Assembly: GCF_001194135.2 (NCBI RefSeq)
Contig: NC_068998.1
Span: 53,713,757 to 53,777,756, forward strand
DNA from: Octopus bimaculoides
Lineage: Eukaryota
DNA: 64,000 nucleotides
Direction: 5' to 3'
Below are positions 51,395-64,000 of this stretch, piece by piece; the first letter of the stretch is position 1, and each line of letters opens with the position of its first letter. The notes beneath the pieces are model-generated. The model saw only the letters and a program-made list of their open reading frames with translations. It ran no database searches and was not told the origin of the DNA. The position numbers and the translations under genes are program-made.

Positions 51395-52310
51395 NNNNNN
51401 NNNNTGTGTATATATATATCCTCTATTTTTATGCTACTGAAGATTGCACAATAGATTTTCGTAGGGCTTTATTCATTTTTAATTATTTTTCAAGAACGTA
51501 TTAAGAAATATTGAACCGGTTTATGGCAGAGCTCTATTATAACGAAGTCAGATTTTTAACTCTGATCAAAGTAAACAGAGACAATTGTTTGGCAAACAAA
51601 AATAGCGCAAGCAAAACATTATTTTGTTTCTATTAGAAAATACCGAAGCTGCCTTTCTATTTGCTTTTCATCATTGCTTGTTGTTGTTTTTTTGCTATTA
51701 TTTTAGTTTTTAACATCAAATAATATATAAACAATAGCAAAATTGAGAGAAATTTCATAATCAAAAGAAGGGAGAAGAAATGTTCAGAATATTTCTTAGA
51801 GAAACTGCTGGAAAATATATTTTTGTTATTGCGACTTTATCGTATATTTAAGTAAAAAAGGAAAAGGTCAGATACCAAACATTATAAATAGCTATTAACT
51901 TTTTGAAAACGTAGATTAACAAAGATATTTCCTATTTCAACATCTACTGACTTACCGTAATATCTATGTTTTTTATTGGTCAGGTCTAGTTCTAAATATA
52001 TTAACAAAAATATTCTTAAATATCAGCAAGTGTATTCACTGCCCGAAGTTTTGTTGTTCTAATATGTTCTCATAATTTCTCTCATTGAAGCTTCCTTCCT
52101 ATTTGCCAAGATTTAGCTGCGGTTTCAAGTCATAAGCGACAAGAGAACAATAAAAATACTTTCGTTCCTTTTATACTGATTCCTTTTAAATTTATTTTTG
52201 TCGAGTCCATAAGAGTCTCATAAGACCAGTTTCTCGGTTTTGAGTCTTAGTGACCGAGATCACAACATACTTCCTGAAGCGGACACTGGTCTTTTGTAGG
52301 TGTCAAGGTC

Positions 52311-52506
52311 AGCAGTTCTGGGCGAAGCGGGGTCATAAGTCGAGGACATCGACCTCCAACTACTTGACTGGCCTTTTTTTGTTTGTTTTTGTCGATATTA
52401 AAGAATAATGTTGACTTCTGCGAGATTTGAAATCCCACCGTAAAGACCCCTCAGAATTGCCCCTATGCATTTTCTCTGGCGTACTCAAGATTCCTCCAGC
52501 TCAACA
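52311..52506 (-). mobile_element. Old, degenerate SINE
   Basis: atcgacctcc...actggcc...gttgacttctgcgagatttgaa...gattcctccagctc is colinear with the family consensus. Confidence 0.55.
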
Positions 52507-53047
52507 CTTTACTTCTTTCTAATGGCATTGTATAAAGAATGAAAGTTACTAGATTCCATTTCGTATTCATTAAGATATCGCACTTATATGAAACAGAATT
52601 ATGCGCCGTCCGCCTGACAAATAAGCAGCCAAACTGTTCTTCACCTACTCAACAACTGCAGTAGCTACAGAGTTCCACTTTTAATCTTTCTTTCTTCCCT
52701 AAGATTCTATGCCTCTGCTAGAAATAAATACTTTCAGGATTAGGTTGCTTACACAAAGACAGTTTTACCGCAAACTGTCGATTAATCTTGTTTTTGCTTA
52801 TATTTTACTCAGCGTACGCTTACCTGAATCTATAGTCGTGTCGGTTAAATGACCTTTCGGAGAAGATGGTAATTTATTGTTTCCTTATTTAACCTACCCT
52901 AAGGAATATTGATTTCTAATATATTTATTTAGACCAGCTTGCAGAAGATAAAGTGAGTGTTTAGGTGACCTTAAGGGGGAGGTCTAATACATCCATCCTT
53001 TCGCACAGGCACACTCACACAGAGATGCATATACACACATATGCGTA

Positions 53048-53100
<53 letters not shown>

Positions 53101-53775
53101 TATGTATATTTTTTATATTTACAGTTATACGTGTGTTAGTGTGTGTTGCGGGGTGGGGAGTGTATGCAGGAATTTGCCGTATATAAGGTTAGCTGACCTT
53201 GGGAGCAATGTTTAATATAATGTTTCAATACCTAATATCCTAGGGAGAAACGAATTATGATATAGATTTCTAATATTAGCAAACGACTTCCCATTTCTAC
53301 ACATTTCGCCTCCGTGTAATTGCTAGTTTAATTTAATAAACTAAGTGAATGCTGGGTAATATGAAGCTTGACGGTGTATGACCTCACAACGTAAATATCT
53401 GAAACGAAAGCGCTTTTTGTCCAACGCAATATTCATGCCTACTATACTTACAAAACAACAAACGGTGCAGTTGCGTTATGTTCCCACTTCATATTTGTTC
53501 CTTTAACTTGTATGTTCTAGTCCTCAAATTACCACAAAAGCAAACTTTCGTTTTACACACACATGCACACAGATGTGTGTGTGTGTGTGTGTCTGTGTGT
53601 GTGTGTGTGTCTGTGTGTGTGTGTGCACGAACAACAAACACAAAAAAAACACAACGCGAGGACGTGGTACATGTAAAGTATTAGCAGATGCTCAGGAAAG
53701 GAAAGAAAGGTTTTACGTTTAGAACAAACCTTTTCTTCAAAAACAGTGGGAATGATTTACATCTAGTTATATATA

Positions 53776-53811
<36 letters not shown>

Positions 53812-54535
53812 TGTATGTGTGTGTGTGTGTGTGTGTGTTCTTCACCAAACAGAACATGTTTCCCAGTACTTCTGAGATGCTTTTATTTTGAAACAGAGTT
53901 GAATCATGCATTACTTGGGTTCAGAGCAGTAACAATGAAAGATCGGAAATTAGCGCAACTTAGGCATTTCAGGTCAAGATCTGAATAAAATGTCTGCACA
54001 CATTTCTGAAAATATAAGTGTAAAATACAGAAAACAAAATCAACAAGAGTGCTTATCAATAATTGAAAATGGCCGGAAGGAACGTAATTTCTTCAAATTT
54101 TCTTGGCTACGTTTGACTCAGTCAAACTGATTTATCGTTGCAAAACTAGAATTAAAATGTTGAAAATATTGTTCATAAGTTGTAGAACCATTTCAGTCGC
54201 TCAGCTAAAAGGTCAGTAACGTTAATGGATTTTCGTAATTCTAAACTATTATGCCAGTTTGTGACTAATTGTTTTGCCAAAGAATAGCAGAATACTGAAG
54301 TTTCGGAAAATACTAAAACGCTATTTTCAGAAGTCTAGGGAAGGAACGCTCGAAGGTTCTGTTGAAGTACTTTGGAAATGAAAGATATATCAACAAATCT
54401 TCAAACACGTTCTTAAACTGAAGCCCCAGAAACATCATTGAAGGATCAAAAGCATATTTTTGGATGTATGCAACGACACAACTGACAGCAATCTTGAGAG
54501 AGGAAGAAACGTGCGATGTTTTCTGTTTATGACTT

Positions 54536-54785
54536 TTCAAATTCCGCCGAGGTCCACTTTGCCTTTTATCCTTTGGGCGTCGATAAATTAAGTACCAGTT
54601 GCGTACTAGGGTCGACCTAATCAACTGGTCCCCCCCCACCACCAACAATTTCAGGCCTTGTGCCTAGAGTAGAAAAGTGCATTGCTTCTATCGCAAGGCG
54701 TCGAACTGGCAGAAACGTTATCGCGCCGGGCGAAATGCCTAGCAGTACTTCGTCTGTCTTCACGTTTTGAGTTCAAATTCCGTCG
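54536..54785 (+). mobile_element. SINE 3' half (54536-54677) followed by SINE 5' half (54697-54785)
   Basis: Both halves match the ggcggcgagctggcagaa family and meet at ttcaaattccg. Confidence 0.8.
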
Positions 54786-55490
54786 CACAGAATGAGTTTT
54801 TACAATGGGGGCAATAAATTGAGGGGGAGGGACAAAAACCGTCCGCGAGGAGGGGCCTACAAATCAAGCAACTTCAAACAAAATCGTTGTTCCATATATC
54901 AAAGCAATGTGCCAAAACAGGTAGAGTCGACACTTGAACAGCACAAATTTCCTGCAAATAACAGGCAAGAGGCAAAAGACATCCCCAGGTGCCATACCAG
55001 GATAACTCTAAGGCAGCGAATATATTTATTTCGTAAGATAGGATCATTAGTTAGTATGTCTGCATCAGAAAGAATAAAACTAAATGTTGATTATTTTTTA
55101 CCATTTCTATAATTGTATAAATCATTTACACAAAAAACATGTATATAAATGTTTCCAAAAATTTGCAATTATAGAAAATTAACCAAAAAGTAGTATTCCT
55201 CACCTAGTAACATTTGACAAGTCAGCAATTCAAACTGTGTTTTATCCAAATATTTTATAATTTTTATTACAAATCATTATTAAATAAGTTTAATTTAGAT
55301 TCCAAAGAGGTGTCATGAAAAATCTGAAAATTAATCACAATATAAATCTATTAAAATCTCAACGGTGAATTACAAAAGCAGATTATTAATACGGTAAAAA
55401 TATCAATTCTACAGATTTTAGAAAATGGAATTCATATAAAGACTTCGTTGTGAGAGATATTTCAGTAAAATAATCCTTTCTACTAAAAGA

Positions 55491-55689
55491 ACAAGGCCTG
55501 AAATTTTGGGGTGGGGGAAACTAGTCGATTTAATCGATGCCAGTGTTTCACTGGTACTTAATTTATCGATCACAAAAGGATGAAAGGCAAAGTGGACCTC
55601 GGCGGAATTTGAACTCGCAACGGGAAGACGAATGTAATGTCACTAAGCATTTCGTCCGGCATGCTAACGATTCTGCCAGCTCGCCACCT
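55491..55689 (-). mobile_element. tRNA-derived SINE, near full length
   Basis: caaggcctgaaatttt...ctggtacttaatttatcga...ctaacgattctgccagctcgccacc. Confidence 0.85.
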
Positions 55690-56529
55690 CGGTGAAATGA
55701 TAAAAACTACTTCGTAACCACTGAATCGATGAAAGATATTTATAATCTCTGGAAGAATCTGAACTTTGAATGTATTGAAATGAATCTTGACATTGTGATG
55801 CCGTAAGGAAATAAAACAATAACGGATTCTGTCTGAATGCCTGCATAGCTCAAGCAAAATCAAAGTCGTATTAAGTTGTTTATCAATATCAAAACCAATA
55901 ATATTCGCTAACGTGATTCCCAATCAGAGCATAGATTTTTTTTTTTTTTTCGATAAAACATGTTACTAACAATCAATGTATAGACTTGAAAAGAGAAATA
56001 CTTGGTTGACCTAAGTCGTGCTTATCTATTACAATATCCAAACTTGAGTTTGATGTTTCTTTAAATATCAGAGTTTATAGCTGTATGAATTTCAAAGCTG
56101 TTGTCACGAGATTTATTTTTAAATATATTTCTGTTTAGTGAAACAGATCTATTAAATGTTGACAAGTAACCAAATTATTAACAAACATGTAAACAATTCA
56201 TATATCATCGACTGAGACAGTTGTGTTATTAGCTTCGACATTTAATTCTGATACAGTACACTTTCTATGCACTCATATGCTGCTATTTCTTTTTCCTATC
56301 AAATCTCATTTTTATTATTATAATTTTGATAAATATTTGGTTTATTTTCAGTAACTTCTTTGTACCTTCTAAAGAGTATAGGGTATAGTTTATGCCTTGT
56401 AAAGAGTATAGGTTGAAGATGGTCTTACTCTAGATATACAATTCAAAGAAAACGTAATTTTCTACTGACCCAATAGGTGAGGAGATTCATCTGAGAGGAA
56501 ATCGTTTATGGACGAATAATATTGTAACC

Positions 56530-57140
56530 ATGACCTATATAAAGTCGCATTTAGTAGAATCCTGCCAAGTAGCAGGAGACCCAGTACAATGCAGCAACTG
56601 CTGCGTTTGTAGTAGTGGGTCAGCACATAACCTATGCCTCAAATATGTTGCAACTTTAACGAACTTATGTCTATTATATCACGCGTAAAGTGTATCTGAA
56701 AACACTTATTACTAATACTACTTGATCATATAAACTGATAAACTACTTGGCACTGGAATCGTTTAAGAACTTCAACTTTATTTTCATCAATAATCCAATA
56801 TTTAAGCGCATCTGTGAAGCTTACTCTAAGATTAAAGGAACGATTACTTTAACCTTTCACATCAGAGAATTTCTTAGAGAAGATATAATTTCTCTGATGT
56901 TTAAATTGCATGATAGATGCTAATCTTCCAGTAAATTATATAATTTTAGTCTGGTTCGCTTCGGAAAGATTTCACTAAGAAATACAGGTTTTAGATAATG
57001 CTAACAGCAGGCCTTAATAGTGAAATCGCTTGGAAAATGTTACATTTAATTTTATAAATTAGAAAACTTTGACACGATTTGAAACATTTTATGTAATCGA
57101 ATTGAATATTTGAAAAGAGAATATATGATTTAAGAGAAAA
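56530..57140 (+). pseudogene. Possible LRR ectodomain remnant (LRRNT + LRRs)
   Basis: VQCSNCCVCSSG (LRRNT-like), TNTT*SYKLINYLALESFKNFN (first-LRR-like), EIQVLDNAN and ILCNRIEYL. Confidence 0.33.
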
Positions 57141-57679
57141 TTTAGCTAATTTTAAAATATTTTCTTTTTTATTATTTCGTCTGAGAAGAGAAGTCGTGTG
57201 GAAGAAATAAAATCATTCTGTTCTTAGTATCATACAATGTTATTTAGCTTTGAACTTTTATATTCTTAGTTCATATCCTATTAGATTTAATTTGATATCA
57301 CACTTCTGGGGTTGATATGTTATGCTTTAAGCAAATATTGAGGTCATTCATTCAATCATATTCTTCTACATGAATATATATGAGTATGGTGGTAATGGAT
57401 ATAAGGACGTGTTGATTGTTCAGTGAGAGAAAGTGAGTTTCGGGTTGTTTTATACTGGCAAATGGAGGCAAATGGAAGCTTAGGTTACTATCGTTATTTT
57501 TTTACTTTAAACTTATGAATGTTAACGCTTGGTTTTAAAATGCAAAGAAGTTCAGTTGTCGTGGTTGTTGTTATGGAAGAATATAGGATTGGGCAAGACA
57601 TTAAAATTGCAGGTGAATGCATAACATTGAACGGGAATGCTGTATAAATTAAAAGTATTCGAGATTTAATGGAATATAT

Positions 57680-57990
57680 GGCACACAACCATCTCAAACG
57701 CGCACTATGGGCTGAGAAAGAATGGACCTCGTCTCAAACACCTTCTCGTCATTAATGATTTAAAATTGTTCGCAAAAACAGAGCCTGGAATGGAGAGGAT
57801 GGTTGGCCGTGGCTGATTAGCGTACGGACGTGCATCAACAGTGAAGGGAGAAACATGGCACAATATTTGGTGAAACAAGATCTACTACAGGATTTACCAA
57901 AGATGGACTTGAGAGTGCACATGAATTCCGATCGGGAACAGCCTACTCCGCATGGAATTACATGATCATAATAATAATAATAATAATAAT
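57680..57990 (+). mobile_element. Non-LTR retrotransposon RT fragment with (TAA)n tail
   Basis: PRLKHLLVINDLKLFAK (57727-57777) matches the HLL(F/Y)MDDLKL RT catalytic motif of RLE-type LINEs; an internally deleted remnant ends in (TAA)n. Confidence 0.7.
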
Positions 57991-58538
57991 ATAGATTTCT
58001 TTTGAGAAAATGGAAAACTTGATTAATAGGAGAAAACCAAGATGTTTGTGTCCTCAGAGAATTTATCCAAAAATGATCTATAAAATAATTCATTTCTTTT
58101 TTTCTTGTCAACACGAAATATATCAAATTGTTGAATTTAGAACTTATATTTCATCTATAAACACTACATTACGCTCCAGGTGAATTATACATACATTATC
58201 CTTTATGTGGATGTAACGTTATGAAGTTAATGAGCTGTTAGTAACATAATTAACCTCCCAACGCCTTGGAAGATTCCGATAATCATTAGGAATATTTCCT
58301 GAGATGTTGAATGCTATAGGAGAAATAGGTATCTTACTATACAGACAGTAAGATAATGAAATTTTGTTTAAAAATCTTGATATTATCTCCTTTAGTCGTG
58401 GATATATTTCATAGAGGAATTCTCAAGGGTCTGAGTGTAATTGATCGAATTATTAAAGTTACGAAAATACTTACATTTAACGAAGTTGGTGTTGGATCAA
58501 CGGAAATTGGATACGTACATCCATCCATCTATCTATAC

Positions 58539-58602
<64 letters not shown>

Positions 58603-59700
58603 GAAAATGTTTAACTATGCACACTTGGATAACATAACTTCATTCAATTTCGCAGAATGTAAAACAAAAACCAAAGTATTAACGTCAAGCGTTCATACTG
58701 GCAAGGCATTTACAGAAAGATATAAGGTACCAAAGATCTATTGCAGCGTTATTTAAATCATGCACTTTTGAAATACTAAAAGACAAAATCCTCATGTTTG
58801 TTAATTGGTGATTAAAGAGACTCGTAATGTGTATTACATCTTTGATATGAAAGTTATCGACGAGGCTATCAAGAACTTTGATAGAATGTGTTACTTTCAG
58901 TATTCTGCTGCCAAAATACCCTTTAGCAGTCGAAGCTGCCACTGTGATGCGCTTTCTAATGCGTACATGTAAAAGATTAAACGGTGCTGATTATGAAAGA
59001 CATGTTACAATTCGCAGGTTTGATAAAGAACATTTCGAAAGGTGTGAAAATTGCGAGTTAAATAGATTGAAATGTATTTAAATCGTCGGCATCAGACTGT
59101 AATGTTTTGGATTGGTAATCTGTTAGAGAAGATTCTGAATCGACGATTTGTATGTTCGATCTTATTTTCTGCATTGCAGATCTAATCACATTGGGAAGAA
59201 CAAGAGCAAGGCAGAAAAATATATGGCTAAATTTAAGAGATTCCATGGCGCCTTGCGGGAAAGGGGATTCCATTGACTTATTTATTAGAACATGACCAAT
59301 AAAAGAACAAAAAAAAAAACAGAGTAAAATGAAAAAAATGAAGAAGAATATTCTGGAAAACCTACTTTTTAGAATCCTTTATTTAATTGAATATTTTTTC
59401 AATACAATTATATCAAGTTTACGATGCACTTGGTATGTGATGTAGAACTGAATCACATTGTGAGACGCGGCATTGGATAATAATCCGAATCATGCTTCCA
59501 TCGAGAAATGAAGAAATGGACATTAAAACGATAATGTGTGCAAGTGGGATATGCGAAGTGAACCAGAACTACTTCTCCATGTCTTATCCGTGTTCTACAT
59601 AGGCAGGGACGCGAACATTTCGGTTGATATTTTGCTCGAAATTTTCCTTTAGGAGATTTCAAATCCGCGCTTGTGTTTGATTTCATGAAAACAAACACTC
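57990..59700 (-). pseudogene. Possible decayed TLR pseudogene
   Basis: Largely one minus frame: PKCSRPCLCR (LRRNT-like, ORF 59453..59698), FSHLSKCSLSNLRI, LFNHQLTNMRILSFS (LRR-like), SFCKCL (LRRCT-like), SLNVSIFVTLIIRSITL (TM-like), **DTYFSYS (58333-58313, TIR box-1-like), IYFVLT. Stop density in the TM/TIR part is near random, and the antisense frame also looks LRR-like. Confidence 0.38.
58523..58601. repeat. (GATA)n microsatellite
   Basis: Direct reading. Confidence 0.95.
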
Positions 59701-60086
59701 TTTAAAATCCTCATTCAAAAATAGTCGTGTGACACACAGTGTCGTTCTTAAAATATTTTATTGAAAGAATGTCTAGAAACACTTTGAATAATAATTTTAT
59801 GTGTTTGCTTCAGTGTTTTGGAGTTGATTTAATGGAGGATAAGATGGGGGAGAAGTTTCTAGCTAAATCTATCGATAAAACCAATATGGCCGCGGCAGCT
59901 ACTTTGCTGAATTGTCTATAAAATACCAAACTGCCAATTTCTGCAACGTTTCCTTATTGACAGAAAGTGTTAATACAATACCATATTGTTGAAATAGTAT
60001 ACACATACAAACATACACATATATATATGCATATACATGTATGTATGTATACATATATATACATACATATACATATNNNNNNNNNN

Positions 60087-60117
<31 letters not shown>

Positions 60118-60454
60118 ACAAAACTAAGCCAACTACAAAAGCAAATCCTTGTTCGCAGAGAATCTAAATCTATAAAATATTTATTGTGCTTTAAATAGTT
60201 TCATTTTTACTTCAAATGTACAAAACTTTGCGTGAACGGATATAACGAATGTTTGATATTCAAACTGAATTGACAAGAAAGCGTATAGCAGTCCTTGTTT
60301 CTGTTCGAATTAATTCGCAAATACTATAACGAGTTTCCCAACTTAATTGTTGTAAAAGTGTACTCATGGTAAATATTCTAGGATACTAATTTGAATGTTT
60401 TATCATGCAAACCCAAAAATGCTATTAAAGCTTTTACTTGTTTCAATTATTGGA

Positions 60455-60630
60455 GTGTGGCCATACTGGGGCTCAGTCTAGAAGGATTTAATCGAACAAT
60501 CAACATCAGTACAGAAGACTCTTTTGCTTTTTTCAGTGTGGTACTGGCTCTATCGCTTAATTTTGCCAAATAGCTGAGTTAAGGAATGTAAACAAACCAG
60601 CAACGATTGTCAAGCAGCGGCGAGGACAAA
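60455..60630. mobile_element. Dispersed repeat, same family as 13831-13940
   Basis: gtggccatactgggg...ttaatcgaacaatcaacatcagtac...tttgccaaatagctgagtta...gttgtcaagc-like core. Confidence 0.6.
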
Positions 60631-60691
60631 CAGAAATGCAAAGATGCACACACATGCATATGTGTGTGTGAGTGAGTATGCGCGCGCGCGC

Positions 60692-60722
<31 letters not shown>

Positions 60723-60749
60723 GAGCGTAATTCTGTTTATTTGCATCAT

Positions 60750-60794
<45 letters not shown>

Positions 60795-61689
60795 ACACAC
60801 ACACACACACACACATACATGTAAATAGAGAGACTGAAGATATTCAGATTATGAACTTTCATGAATAAATATAAAGATATTTATATATTAATTGAGCAAA
60901 TTTAGACAGAGTGCAAAGACGCAGAAAACTAAGGGAAGAAGGTAAGGAATTTTCGCTTCGACACCTGTTTTTTTTTTGTGAGGAGGCTCGAAACTATGTA
61001 ATAATTTTTGCAGTTGCAGTTCGTAAAGCATCAAGAATATGCCACCAGTAGTGGATGCATAAAAGTCTTAGGTAAATCCGGCCTCCGTCTTGAGGGTGGA
61101 ATGATTGACATCTAACGTCTCAAGCCATCGCTACCTAAGCAATTGCAGGACAAAGAATTCAAGTCCCTATCGTTGAGTTTGGTTTTGTTTCGAACCTAGA
61201 AAGAGGTTCGTTTTGAGTGAAGTAGAATATGATTTTATCAATGACGTCCAAGGCATGAATACTCAGTTTTCTTTGTAAGGTATGTGGGACTATAAAGTCG
61301 CATATAGCTTTGGATTAAGATGGTGTGTAAGATTTGGCTACTATATCTAATGAATCGAGCAAACAAAAAGAAGCTCTCTGGTTAACTCCTGAACCACCAA
61401 CTATAATTAGCAGATTGTGATAATTAGCGCGAAATCTTAATTGCAGCAATTGCTGTTAAAATGTTTGGTTGTAAATATTTTAACAGCATTTGACAGCTAA
61501 TGTTTTAACAACATTTGACAGCATTTAATTGCTGCTAACTTGAATGCAGTAATTCCACGCACTCATTTAATTGCTGCATTTAATATGACAACAGTTAAAT
61601 GCAGCAGTCAAATTAAATTTTGACAGAAATTAAATTTGAAGACTAAACTGCAACTATCGCTGGTGAAATGTTTCATTTCGTTATTTTCA

Positions 61690-62200
61690 ATAAGATCGCG
61701 TGCGCTTATTGATCAGATACGGCTTGAAACGTTGCAACAATGCTTTGCAGAATAGAGATAATATCGTGTTGAGCCAAAAGTTCTGCAATATTTTGGTGAC
61801 ATATTTGCTTTGTTCGTCAAGTCACAAGAAAAACAGCCTGGCATTCAAAGTAAAGGCCATCGTGTTGCATCCGGACTAAGTGTGACATCAGTGCGATTTC
61901 CTAAGGTTTCTGGAGTTTATTCCGGGTCTTTCAAGCGGTGTGAGGTCTTGCGTTACCTCGCGACAGAAGAGTTTTTATTCTGTTAACGAACGTCAGGTAT
62001 TTTTGCCGCACAGTCGCATACATCCGCTCCAGCTGTTTGGAGAACAGGGAAGCATCAATAGTTCGACCGCCGGGAACGAATTCGCAGTGAACTATCCCCT
62101 CATAATTCCAACAGATGTAGAGCATCACCTTGTGTTTGAAATTCCTGTGTTTGGCGACAGTTTCCGGGAGCTGGCTCTTGCTTAGCCACTCTTTATGCAC
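61690..62200 (-). mobile_element. Mariner (DD34D) transposase fragment: catalytic domain to C-terminus
   Basis: HKVMLYICWNYEGIVHCEFVPGGRTIDASLFSKQLERM...LLSRGNARPHTA*KTRNKL...SPD, then a degenerate C-terminus (FQAVSDQ). Confidence 0.88.
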
Positions 62201-62204
62201 GTTA

Positions 62205-62395
62205 TGATGGCAGAGAAATATCTTCCTTGGATTTGTACTTGTTCAAATCCATAACTCATTTCATACGTTCGCCGTGTTTCGTCAATGAAGAGGAGGTGGA
62301 AGCTTCGGTGAAGAAGTTCGATGCCTCTAGAACAACATCTGGTATCAGTGTAAGATAAGACAACTGAGAGAAAGTTAGCTTCAGGCAGTTTTGTT
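62205..62395 (+). mobile_element. Second mariner transposase C-terminal fragment, opposite orientation
   Basis: SLDLYLFKSITHFIRSPCFVNEEEVEASVKKF then WYQCKIRQLRE; similar to 7120-7290. Confidence 0.75.
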
Positions 62396-63375
62396 TTCAA
62401 TATATGGAGCTATAATTAGATTTATAAAATTCTTCAAGGTTTGAAATAATAGAAAATGAGCAAAAGTTAGACAACCAGATAACAGCAATTTTTGAATTAT
62501 GTATTTATATATTCAGCTTTCGATCTTATGCAAGTCCAGTGAGTTGTTAAAAACGTAATTATGTTAGTTGTCAATTAGAGGTGGGAACTTTATAAGACTT
62601 TGACATCAATTAAAAGTACTTCACGTATAAAATAAATATAGACTTGTCCTAAATGTATTATAATAGAAAGAGGTCTACGTAGATCTGTTCTAAGCAGTCG
62701 AGTCATTTGGAATTTATGAGAATAACTGGGGAGAATGGCAATATAAACAACGCCAACTGCTTTGGAATATGTGTCAATTGGACGCTCACACACAGAATGT
62801 GACGCGCCGGGGAATGCTAATTAATTCAAATTATATTGTTAGCATGAAGAAACCATTATCTTAATGATTAGCTCAGCAAACTTAAGGGAGACAAAATTGT
62901 TTAATTATTTATTAATCTCACACGACGTTTTCGGTTCAAGAAGACACTGTGAAGCCTTGACTCATATTTCTTTCAAATAGCACTCGATCGAGATTATTTG
63001 CTTTCTTTTCTAAATACGGATTCCGATTACATATTTTCCAAAATGTCTTTTTACTATTTCATGAAATAAACAATGCATGTCGAATTCACATTGTGTGTAT
63101 ATATATATATATATAGTTGAAATTTACAGAAAAACAAAAAACGGAGATAGGTTTTAAAGAAACGCAAGTGCATAAGTTTGACGCTCGGGATGGTGAGAAA
63201 GTCTTTTATGTTTCGAGCCTACGCTCTTCAATTACCTTCGTAGTTGGTCCTAATATCTACATATGAGTAATGTCATAAAACTTGAAACGTTGATAGTTTC
63301 CTAGGCATTATATTCCAAGCGAATACATACACACATGCATATATAAACACAAATATAGATACATACATACATATA

Positions 63376-63984
63376 NNNNNNNNNNNNNNNNNNNNNNNNN
63401 NNNNNNNNNNNNNNNNNNNNNNNNNNNNNNNNNNNNNNNNNNNNNNNNNNNNNNNNNNNNNNNNNNNNNNNNNNNNNNNNNNNNNNNNNNNNNNNNNNNN
63501 NNNNNNNNNNNNNNNNNNNNNNNNNNNNNNNNNNNNNNNNNNNNNNNNNNNNNNNNNNNNNNNNNNNNNNNNNNNNNNNNNNNNNNNNNNNNNNNNNNNN
63601 NNNNNNNNNNNNNNNNNNNNNNNNNNNNNNNNNNNNNNNNNNNNNNNNNNNNNNNNNNNNNNNNNNNNNNNNNNNNNNNNNNNNNNNNNNNNNNNNNNNN
63701 NNNNNNNNNNNNNNNNNNNNNNNNNNNNNNNNNNNNNNNNNNNNNNNNNNNNNNNNNNNNNNNNNNNNNNNNNNNNNNNNNNNNNNNNNNNNNNNNNNNN
63801 NNNNNNNNNNNNNNNNNNNNNNNNNNNNNNNNNNNNNNNNNNNNNNNNNNNNNNNNNNNNNNNNNNNNNNNNNNNNNNNNNNNNNNNNNNNNNNNNNNNN
63901 NNNNNNNNNNNNNNNNNNNNNNNNNNNNNNNNNNNNNNNNNNNNNNNNNNNNNNNNNNNNNNNNNNNNNNNNNNNNNNNNNNNN
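63376..63984. other. Assembly gap (others at 11424-11487, 21853-22106, 28109-28118, 31525-32060, 34895-35054, 37441-37602, 40045-40656, 51395-51404, 60077-60086)
   Basis: N runs; most are flanked by TA/TG microsatellites. Confidence 1.
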
Positions 63985-64000
63985 GTGTGTGTGTGTGTGT

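Noticed and set aside
54792-55112. 106-aa ORF next to the SINE pair
   Set aside because: No recognisable domain or clear exon boundaries; length is within chance expectation.

Overview
This is 64 kb of AT-rich, microsatellite-dense eukaryotic draft assembly with ten N-gaps. The SINE families present resemble, from memory, those of Octopus, so a cephalopod source is an inference. No intact protein-coding gene, rRNA, bona fide tRNA or CRISPR array is visible, and almost all long ORFs in the supplied track are microsatellite or N-gap artefacts. Well-supported content: many tRNA-derived SINE copies of at least four families; fragments of CR1-type, RLE-type (R2/R4-like) and Penelope-like retroelements; mariner and Tigger-like DNA transposon pieces; and abundant simple repeats. 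Less certain but more interesting: (i) heavily decayed, intronless-looking remnants that read as leucine-rich-repeat receptors, the best being an LGR-type LRR-GPCR at about 0.6-3.6 kb, with weaker LGR/TLR-like remnants at about 5.4-6.6, 9.6, 14.4-15.6, 16.5-17.5, 24.5-25.4, 34-37.4, 56.5-57.1 and 58-59.7 kb; (ii) a roughly 650-bp module with an internal 38-bp minisatellite, repeated four times in the same orientation about every 2.5-3 kb (20.5-29.5 kb); (iii) a few candidate minus-strand exons, two cut by gaps; (iv) several hairpin or inverted-repeat structures. The receptor calls come from translating by eye. AT-rich DNA easily mimics LRR and TM patterns, so they need profile-HMM confirmation.
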